Source of the DNA: a virus
Virus genome (UHGV): UHGV-0232909
Direction: 5' to 3' (one strand)
Length of the DNA: 12,461 nt
Below the pieces are notes generated by a model. That model did no database searches. It was not told the origin of the DNA and saw nothing but the letters and a program-made list of their open reading frames with translations. Below, in pieces: positions 6,015 to 12,461 of the stretch (the first letter of the stretch is position 1; each line of letters begins with the position of its first letter). Both the position numbers and the translations under genes were made by a program.

Positions 6015-6491
6015 ATGAGATTTTCAGTTAGCACCCAATCATTCTACGATGATAATTACGAGGAAAACGCAGTAGTCAACGATTTACCCTCAGATGTTCA
6101 GGCGATAGATGATGAGCAATATGCTAGTTTTTTTAATGCAATAAATAGTGACCGGGTGGTTTATCTGGTTGCTGACGAATTCACGATTTCTCAACCCCGC
6201 CCCGATAAATACTATTCATGGGATATGACAAGTAAGACCTGGGCTATGACTGATGCTGCCGTAGCACAAAAGTCGGCAGACCTGATAGCTGATGCTGAGC
6301 TACGGAGAACAACGTCGTTATCAGCAGCAGGTATCGCAATATCCCCGCTGCAAGATGCCGTTGATCTGGGTATGGCTACAGATGTAGAAACGAGGCGACT
6401 GACAGAATGGAAAAAATATCGGGTATTGCTGATGCGTATTGATACATCAAAAGCCCCCGATATCGAATGGCCATCAGTACCGGTCAGTTGA
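6015..6491 (+). CDS. tfa: tail fibre assembly protein (Tfa/gpU-like chaperone)
   Basis: C-terminal region [50 protein letters not shown] matches the conserved Tfa C-terminus (APLQDAADL...[22 protein letters not shown]). ATG at 6015 with GAGGA 6 nt upstream; the ORF-track start at 5991 is a TTG. Confidence 0.8.
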   Translation: [158 protein letters not shown]

Positions 6492-6648
6492 CAAATGGAT
6501 TAGTAGACGATGATAAGAAGGTAACGTAGCGTTCGTCATCATCGTCTATTTCTTCAATGCCTGGATAAACAGTTTCATCTTGCGGACTGTAGAAAACCGC
6601 GCTGATCTCCTTTTTCGTGGAGTCTTTAAAAAGAACATAGATTTTCAT
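6484..6648 (-). CDS. small acidic ORF (54 aa) translationally coupled to the tail-fibre gene; absent from the ORF track
   Basis: Hand translation: [54 protein letters not shown]. Its ATG overlaps the tail-fibre stop (ATGA at 6646-6650). Its 3' end overlaps the convergent tfa gene by 8 nt (6484-6491). It occupies the position where a cognate tfa would be expected. Confidence 0.4.
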   Translation of the reverse strand: MKIYVLFKDSTKKEISAVFYSPQDETVYPGIEEIDDDDERYVTFLSSSTNPFVN

Positions 6649-7679
6649 CAGAATGAGTACCCCGTTGAATAAATTGTTGATGCCGTTGGTGTGCCGCCAA
6701 ACAAAATCTGGTAATAAATTTTCTGCGGCTCAGCAATCATCAAGTTTGAGAAAACAGATGAAATACCAGAGTTATTATTCCCCTGGGTTCGTAAGCCCAA
6801 CGGGTAGGATTTTGACGATACGGCAAATGAGTTATTTGTTGCTGGCGCTGTAGAGTTAATTAACCCCCAGCCTTCCATTGTTTTGGCGTTTTTAGGAATG
6901 GCTGAAGATACAGAAAGCTCAGTCAGTGTAGAAACCGTGTTTGTTACAGTGACAAGAGGTTGCTCTGGCGTGTTAATTTGCCTTCCCATCATCTCACCGA
7001 CAGTGAACTGGCTTGATGCTACTCTCCACACGCTAACCAATGCAGATGCCGTATAGCCTGCTGGTAGATTTGCACCGCCATAAATTTCTGGCGCGGTGGT
7101 CGTCGTTGCATTCACTGCAAGGAGTGCTGTTGCCCCGTTCGTCGGATTTAAAATTGCGTACAGGGCAATAAATCCAGCTGTCGGAACAGTCCCTGTGTCC
7201 ATACCTCCCGCGCCGGTTGTGCCGAGATTAATCGTCTTATTGAATGCACTTAGCCGGTATTGCTGCCCGGTGCTCGTCTCTACGATCAATTCATCGGCTG
7301 TAAAGGTTGCTGTCGATGATGCGGCGGCGATGCTCATACGCGCATTTCTGGATTGACCAACAACACCCGAAAACGATTCTCGCAATTGAAGGTTTTCGAG
7401 AGCCGTTTTCACCGTGCCATCCGATTTGATATCGCCAAACGGATTCTTGCGGCTTAACAGCAGCGCACGAAGCGCGGTAAGCAGCTGGTCGTGCCGCGCC
7501 TTCTCCAGACTGGCACCGGATGCCTCAACAACGCTACAAAGTTCTTCCTGCAACATGTCAAAGTAGTCATCATCCAGATCGGTGGCAGGGGTGCCGGTCT
7601 GGGGGTTACCACGGGTAAAACCGTTCTTACCCGCGCCGAACTTATCCTTCTGCGCGGTTTTCGTGTCTATACGATGCAT
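6648..7679 (-). CDS. tail fibre protein (complete, 343 aa)
   Basis: Conserved phage tail-fibre N-terminus [47 protein letters not shown]... followed by a Gly/Thr/Ala/Ser-rich distal domain. Last gene of the baseplate operon, in the position of Mu S / P2 H. Confidence 0.85.
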   Translation of the reverse strand: MHRIDTKTAQKDKFGAGKNGFTRGNPQTGTPATDLDDDYFDMLQEELCSVVEASGASLEKARHDQLLTALRALLLSRKNPFGDIKSDGTVKTALENLQLRESFSGVVGQSRNARMSIAAASSTATFTADELIVETSTGQQYRLSAFNKTINLGTTGAGGMDTGTVPTAGFIALYAILNPTNGATALLAVNATTTTAPEIYGGANLPAGYTASALVSVWRVASSQFTVGEMMGRQINTPEQPLVTVTNTVSTLTELSVSSAIPKNAKTMEGWGLINSTAPATNNSFAVSSKSYPLGLRTQGNNNSGISSVFSNLMIAEPQKIYYQILFGGTPTASTIYSTGYSF

Positions 7680-7682
7680 GGA

Positions 7683-8267
7683 TTACTCCGGATATTTAAA
7701 AATTACGTAGGTATGCGACGGGCAGAGTTTGTTAAGCACACACTCGACAACGGTGTCGCCCCAGATACGCAGTGCGGAATCACAGGGATCGCCACATGTC
7801 ATCCAGGTGGTGTTGGTGGTGGTTGGCATGTTGACCTGCCAGTAATACCGCCATTCCGGCGCATTCACCGCGTCAGTACAGGCCGATGAGCAGGTGAACG
7901 TGCTTTTGTCGTATCGCGTGATGGTGGCATCTGGTCTGCCCAGGGCAGCAAGCTGTGCAAGATAAAAATCCTCGTTGATGCCGCCCGCCAGGTTAACCTT
8001 CGCATCCAGCCGTTGCTGACGCTGGCGAAGGGTCTGCGTTCCCGCCGGAATACATTCATCCGGCAGACCGCACAGACGCTCCCAGCGGTTTATCAGTTCA
8101 GTGGTGGTGCGCGGATCCAGCTCCCGCATCAGGGCATCCGCACGCTGATGAACACGGGTTAATGACGGTGCCGCACCGGCAATCGCCGGATCGCTGGCTG
8201 ACCACGCCGGACCGGGCGGCAACAGTGCCGATAACAGGCGGATGTAATCATCGTTTGTCACGTCCAT
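7683..8267 (-). CDS. Mu gp48-like baseplate/tail protein (DUF2313, YmfQ-like)
   Basis: 194-aa protein in the position and size class of Mu gp48 / e14 YmfQ, directly upstream of the tail-fibre gene. Cys-rich C-terminal third. Overlaps the upstream gene by 10 nt. Confidence 0.8.
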   Translation of the reverse strand: MDVTNDDYIRLLSALLPPGPAWSASDPAIAGAAPSLTRVHQRADALMRELDPRTTTELINRWERLCGLPDECIPAGTQTLRQRQQRLDAKVNLAGGINEDFYLAQLAALGRPDATITRYDKSTFTCSSACTDAVNAPEWRYYWQVNMPTTTNTTWMTCGDPCDSALRIWGDTVVECVLNKLCPSHTYVIFKYPE

Positions 8268-9316
8268 GAAATCGTCCCCAGTACCGCCAGTTCGTTTTTC
8301 GCAATGGAGATATTGTCCACCGGTGCAAGCAACTGATGGCTGTATTCCCCGTTCGCACCGGAAATCGCCTCACTGATACGCGATACCTTCAGTTCTCCCT
8401 GCGGATAACCATCACGCAGCAGGAACGAACGCAACTCCGCGGTAATGGCAGCCCGTATTTCCGGTGTGTCCGGCGTCACGCGGATATGAAAATCCACCGT
8501 ATGTGCCACCGGCCTGAATACATACAAATCAGAGCCTGCCACCGGGGCCAGTGGCCCGATATGTTGTCTTGCTGCCGTTTCCGTTGATTCTTCCGGAATG
8601 GGATTAATCAGGTCACTGCTGGCAATCATCACACCGACAGTTCCCGTTCCCATCCAGTGACGGTATGTCCATGCGCGGGTAATGCCGGGCACTTCTTTAG
8701 CCCAGACGACATAGTCCCCGTCAGCCCCGCCCTGCGGCGTCCAGTAATACCGCTCAATGACGCGGGCGCGCCACGTTTCCAGATCTTCTGTATCAAATCC
8801 GCCTGTCAGGGTGTCAGTCACACCGGAAGACGGCAGACCATTCACCGGCGTGACCAGGATTAATGCCGTACCATCGTCAGCGTTACCGACCGCGCCTGTA
8901 GTTGAGCAAGTGATCGGCACACGCAGGACACCACCGGAGCTGGTTGCATCGGCAGTTGCCGTGTACTGAACCAGGTCATCGCGCTGAATCACGCTCCCGG
9001 CAGTCACCTTCAGGCCATCGCTGACACCTTCCCAGCGCATATACCCGCTGGCAGCCGTGGCCCCCTTGCGCGGACACCGTTTCATCGCAGCATGTCGCGC
9101 CAGCCAGGACTCATCGCACAGGTCAGGCAGCATATTCATTGCCAGATAATCGATGTACCCGTAAACCGTATGCAGCGCCGCCGCATACACCTTTGCCCGC
9201 ACGTCTTCATCCATGCGCCGGAGCGTGTCGCTGACGTCCAGCCTGGCGAATAAATCGTTACGGAGCATACTGATATTTTCTGCCAGCGTCGGGCGCTGAA
9301 ATTCACTGTCCGCCAT
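8258..9316 (-). CDS. baseplate J-like protein (Mu gp47 / P2 gpJ family)
   Basis: 352-aa protein in the conserved order gp46-gp47-gp48. ATG at the complement of 9314-9316. Overlaps both neighbours, indicating translational coupling. Confidence 0.85.
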   Translation of the reverse strand: MADSEFQRPTLAENISMLRNDLFARLDVSDTLRRMDEDVRAKVYAAALHTVYGYIDYLAMNMLPDLCDESWLARHAAMKRCPRKGATAASGYMRWEGVSDGLKVTAGSVIQRDDLVQYTATADATSSGGVLRVPITCSTTGAVGNADDGTALILVTPVNGLPSSGVTDTLTGGFDTEDLETWRARVIERYYWTPQGGADGDYVVWAKEVPGITRAWTYRHWMGTGTVGVMIASSDLINPIPEESTETAARQHIGPLAPVAGSDLYVFRPVAHTVDFHIRVTPDTPEIRAAITAELRSFLLRDGYPQGELKVSRISEAISGANGEYSHQLLAPVDNISIAKNELAVLGTISWT

Positions 9317-9731
9317 GCGTTATCGCACTCCACAGATCATCAAAAGAAATCATTACCGGTCCGTCACGACGCCAGAGAGTGATACTGTTACCCAGTTCAT
9401 TAATCCCGGTGCGGTGGATATCCAGATCAATACGGGACACCACGCCGTCATCAATCATCCATTGCAGGCATTCGCGGATATACCCCCTTACCGTCAGCAC
9501 CAGCTGATTGGTCAGTTTGCTGCGCTGAAGCAGCCACAGTCGGGAGCCGTAACGGTCATTCTGTACCGCAGGCCAGGTATCCCCCCACCATCCCATCGGG
9601 ACGTCGGCGTTGTCATCAGGCTCCGCCCGCCGCCAGGTAAACAGGGAAATCACCACGGCGCGGGTCAGCGGATCCAGCGGTGCGCTGGCGCAGGTGCGTT
9701 TACCGTTCACCGTCAGCCACAGTTCCATCAT
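9303..9731 (-). CDS. Mu gp46-like baseplate protein (GP46 / gpW-gp25 class)
   Basis: 142-aa protein between the gpV-like and J-like genes. Start ATGATGA overlaps the stop of the upstream gene. Confidence 0.8.
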   Translation of the reverse strand: MMELWLTVNGKRTCASAPLDPLTRAVVISLFTWRRAEPDDNADVPMGWWGDTWPAVQNDRYGSRLWLLQRSKLTNQLVLTVRGYIRECLQWMIDDGVVSRIDLDIHRTGINELGNSITLWRRDGPVMISFDDLWSAITHGGQ

Positions 9732-10276
9732 GCCTCCATCGCTTTATCAGGTTTGTCGGTGTTACTGCCCTGACCGTTCTCTCTGTGACGATGCCCGTTA
9801 TAGGCAAGCCGCATCGCTGACATGGTGGTGCCGCTGGAGTCGCACAGGTCTTTCACCTGTCCTGTCACTTCCAGGTCCATTTCAAAACGTGCTTTAGGTG
9901 AATTGCGAAACGTGATCGTTTTACCTGCACCGTCCACCACGATCCCCTCCCGGGTCAGCGTCACGGACTGCCCCTGATCGTCATAGACAGCCACCTCACC
10001 CGTCTGCAGCCCTTTCAGGCGGTAGCGCCGGTCCGACACCGTAACAACCACCGCATGAGAACGGTCGCCATCCGGAAACAACACCACCGCTTCCGCACCG
10101 CTGTTTGCCCTTGCGGTAAAACCGTAGGGTTCAAGATGTTCAACCCCGGCTTTGGGTTCACCGGCAATCAGGGACACATCCACGGTCTGACATTTCGTGG
10201 CGGCACTGATGCTTTTCACCACGGCCCGCCCAATCAGGCCGAGGAGTTGTCGCTGCATGGCTTCAATCGTCCTCAT
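9728..10276 (-). CDS. baseplate assembly protein V / spike (Mu gp45-like)
   Basis: 182-aa protein with the size and position of Mu gp45 / P2 gpV. TGATG overlap with the upstream gene at 10274-10278. Confidence 0.8.
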   Translation of the reverse strand: MRTIEAMQRQLLGLIGRAVVKSISAATKCQTVDVSLIAGEPKAGVEHLEPYGFTARANSGAEAVVLFPDGDRSHAVVVTVSDRRYRLKGLQTGEVAVYDDQGQSVTLTREGIVVDGAGKTITFRNSPKARFEMDLEVTGQVKDLCDSSGTTMSAMRLAYNGHRHRENGQGSNTDKPDKAMEA

Positions 10277-11355
10277 CAGAACGGGTCCTCCTGTACTCTG
10301 GCTTTTTTCTTTTTCCGCGCGCCGGGGGCTTCGGGTTCAGGCAGATAAGCATCAGGTGGGCCGACACGGATTTCCGTCAGGGTGCCGTTCTGGTCCTGAG
10401 TAAACGTGACTTCCGAAACAAGCAGTTCGGTATTGTCGAAACCACAGACCGGATCAAAGACAATCACCCGCTGGTTGGGCTGCCACAGCGTACCGTTACC
10501 CTGTCGCCAGCCCTGCACCACATAGGTGGTTTCATCCGTCCGCGCCGCCCGTTGTCGGGCTTCAAAGTCCGCACGGGCAATACAGCCTGCTCCCGTAGCC
10601 TGCCCTGTCTGCCTGATATACATCGGACGGTAACGGGCAATAAATGCGTCCTCTGTGCGGGCCCGCAGCGCGGTGGTGGTGGCCTCACCGAAATCATCGT
10701 CGTTTCCGGCACGCTGCCCCGCCACCTGGTAAACAGAAAATCGCTCCCGGATACTCTTCTCCGTATCGCAGGAAAGGATGTTTTCCCCGAGTACCAGCGC
10801 AGTATGTGCCCGCGTTGAGCCAATACCGCCAATCACCAGCCTGCCGTGCGGGTCGTCGTAAGCCAGCGCCTGCTGCTGACCGAGTATTTTGTTGATTACC
10901 TCAATCACCGTTTCACCGTGATCAGGCTGAACATCAGGAATAACACCCGACGGCGCACCGCTGTTCACCACCTCAATGCCGAAAGGCGCAGCAAGCGCCT
11001 GCGCAATCTGCACCAGCGAGCGTCCGTTAAACTGTGTCGGTTCGGCTGCACAGTCAATCAGGTCAGCCGTCAGACTACGTCCGGCAATACCGGTGCTGAC
11101 CGAACGGGCATCGTAACGAACGGGCGTCGCCTCCACCCAGCCGGTGATCACCAGCTCATCACCAATCAGCACCTCCACTTTTGAACCGTTTTTAATGCGC
11201 GGCTGAAGCGTGGTGATACCCTCATCTCCCGGCCACTGGCGAGTGATCTCCACACTGAAATCCCGCGCCAGCCGTTCAATACCGGCACCGATGCGCACCG
11301 ATGTCCAGCCATTCCACTCCCGGCCATTTACCCGTAGCGTGACGTTATCGTTCAT
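10276..11355 (-). CDS. baseplate hub protein (Mu gp44/P, phage late control gene D family)
   Basis: 359-aa protein in the position of Mu P / P2 gpD, upstream of the gpV-like gene. Basic C-terminal tail (ARKKKKARVQEDPF). 4-nt overlap with the upstream gene. Confidence 0.8.
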   Translation of the reverse strand: MNDNVTLRVNGREWNGWTSVRIGAGIERLARDFSVEITRQWPGDEGITTLQPRIKNGSKVEVLIGDELVITGWVEATPVRYDARSVSTGIAGRSLTADLIDCAAEPTQFNGRSLVQIAQALAAPFGIEVVNSGAPSGVIPDVQPDHGETVIEVINKILGQQQALAYDDPHGRLVIGGIGSTRAHTALVLGENILSCDTEKSIRERFSVYQVAGQRAGNDDDFGEATTTALRARTEDAFIARYRPMYIRQTGQATGAGCIARADFEARQRAARTDETTYVVQGWRQGNGTLWQPNQRVIVFDPVCGFDNTELLVSEVTFTQDQNGTLTEIRVGPPDAYLPEPEAPGARKKKKARVQEDPF

Positions 11356-12461
11356 TGCACTGGCACCTTCAGAGGGATCACCGGCACAAAGCCGGGATGC
11401 GTAATGGCATTACGCCGGATAATGTCCGCGTCACGCGCCGCGTTATCAAACCAGGTCGCCGCCAGCACCAGCGCGGGTAAAACCTCATCCGGCGTGCGCT
11501 GAATGATCCGTGCAGACTGTTCAAGGCGCGTGTTGATATCCGCATTCAGATCTGCTTTCACCCGGCGCAGCGCCAGAAACAGCGCATCACTGGTTGTACG
11601 GGACAACTCCTTATCAATTGCCGTATTCAGTGTGTCGCGAATGTCAGTCAGTTCTTCCCACGTCGGCAGGTCAACTGTGTTTTTCACCGCCGGTGCATTG
11701 TTCAGTGCCGGATGCGTGACGGAAGGCCAGCCAGTGCTCTGCGCAGGTGTTGTTGCCTGCCCCACTGCGGAATTCTGCATCACCGCGGAAGTTGTTGGCG
11801 CAGGCAATCGGGTGACGGCATACGCCGCTTCGCTGATTGCGGTCGTACGAAGGGTGCTGGCAACCACGTTACGCTGCTGCGTCGCCGTGGCGGTGGTTTT
11901 ACTGTCCGTTTTCCAGACGCCGCGCGGTTGCAGATCGCTGCCGAGGCTGACACCGGAAAGCGTTTTGATCATGGTGACCAGGTCGCTGGCGTTACCATAA
12001 AGGCGTTTCCCGGTACGCCACATTTTCTGCACCTGCTCAACGAAATTTTTGCCTGACGATGGCGGCGGCAGAAGTACCGAGATATCCCCCTGCAACAGCC
12101 TGGCGGCATCCGATACGGCAGAATCCACCACTTTCATCGCATCAGAAACATACCCCAGCATTATGCTGGCATTACCGATAACGTCGTTCTGCACGAAATC
12201 CGCCACACCATCGATACTGAAACCGCTGAAGCTGTCACTGATGCAGTCATCCAGTGCAGAACAGGATGACATCAGCGTCTGCGCCGTCGCCGCACCTGAT
12301 GTGGGGTAAGAGAGTTCTCCTGCTTCGACAAACTTCAGGTCAAAGCGGACAATACGCCCTTCACTTTTCGATGTGCTGACCCGAACTTCCCCGTCAACAC
12401 AGACTTTCAGCTCACCATATGTCGGGTGGACAAGCGTGCCGGGACCGGGTTTATTCAGCGC
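11352..12461 (-). CDS. Mu gp43/N-like DNA-circulation (tail-associated) protein, 5'-partial: N-terminus lies beyond the window
   Basis: The frame continues open upstream of the first ATG (12272) to the window edge (hand translation ...VRFDLKFVEAGELSYPTSGAATAQTLMSSCSALDD...). Ser/Thr/Ala-rich central region. Gene order gp43-gp44-gp45 as in Mu-like tail modules. Confidence 0.6.
   Translation of the reverse strand, partial: ALNKPGPGTLVHPTYGELKVCVDGEVRVSTSKSEGRIVRFDLKFVEAGELSYPTSGAATAQTLMSSCSALDDCISDSFSGFSIDGVADFVQNDVIGNASIMLGYVSDAMKVVDSAVSDAARLLQGDISVLLPPPSSGKNFVEQVQKMWRTGKRLYGNASDLVTMIKTLSGVSLGSDLQPRGVWKTDSKTTATATQQRNVVASTLRTTAISEAAYAVTRLPAPTTSAVMQNSAVGQATTPAQSTGWPSVTHPALNNAPAVKNTVDLPTWEELTDIRDTLNTAIDKELSRTTSDALFLALRRVKADLNADINTRLEQSARIIQRTPDEVLPALVLAATWFDNAARDADIIRRNAITHPGFVPVIPLKVPVQ

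Noticed and set aside
6653-6853. 66-aa plus-strand ORF antisense to the 3' end of the tail-fibre gene
   Set aside because: Nested antisense ORF without RBS; the minus-strand fibre gene is well supported.
5267-8267. Identifying the element as E. coli K-12 prophage e14 itself
   Set aside because: The gene order (YmfQ-like, tail fibre, tfa, pin) is e14-like, but the integrase here does not resemble IntE as I recall it, the fibre gene is much longer than K-12 ycfK as I recall it, and pin is truncated. Only 'e14/Mu-like tail module' is supportable without a database search.
7096-11404. Numerous plus-strand ORFs (7096..7356, 7491..7889, 8336..8587, 8657..8863, 8757..8969, 9315..9773, 9610..9897, 10055..10348, 10197..10403, 10552..10818, 10644..10895, 10846..11184, 11210..11404) and minus-strand ORFs 7865..8059, 9136..9333 and 10464..10832
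   Set aside because: All lie inside the long, well-supported minus-strand baseplate genes in a GC-rich region where shadow ORFs are expected. They have Arg/Pro-rich translations, no RBS and no family resemblance.
11503-12309. Plus-strand ORFs 11503..12000, 11712..12056 and 12049..12309
   Set aside because: Antisense to the gp43/N-like gene, with low-complexity Arg/Cys-rich translations typical of GC-rich shadow frames.
1-12461. CRISPR array, rRNA, IS element or transposase
   Set aside because: No regularly spaced direct repeats, no rRNA-like conserved stretches, and no transposase-like ORF or terminal inverted repeats identified.

Overview
The window is entirely temperate-phage DNA of enterobacterial type, mosaic in composition, with no rRNA, tRNA or CRISPR array detected by eye. 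Left to right: (1) a plus-strand early/recombination block with a DUF551-like protein, a 269-aa zinc-ribbon protein, a DEDDh 3'-5' exonuclease and a PrtN/excisionase-like protein, closed by a bidirectional terminator; (2) an AT-rich, opposite-strand three-gene cassette inserted between the putative xis and int, comprising a Panacea (SocA/PanA-like) domain protein, a translationally coupled 139-aa protein of unknown fold, and an unlisted 57-aa ORF, which is the best candidate for an undescribed toxin-antitoxin or defence module; (3) a tyrosine integrase followed by a DinI-family gene behind tandem LexA boxes; (4) a fossil invertible tail-fibre switch with an N-terminally truncated Pin/Gin/Hin invertase, a silent tail-fibre C-terminal cassette, a tfa gene and an unlisted 54-aa ORF; (5) a GC-rich, tightly overlapping minus-strand Mu-like baseplate operon (gp43/N partial, gp44, gp45, gp46, gp47, gp48, tail fibre). 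All functional calls rest on remembered family motifs and gene order; no database search was run.
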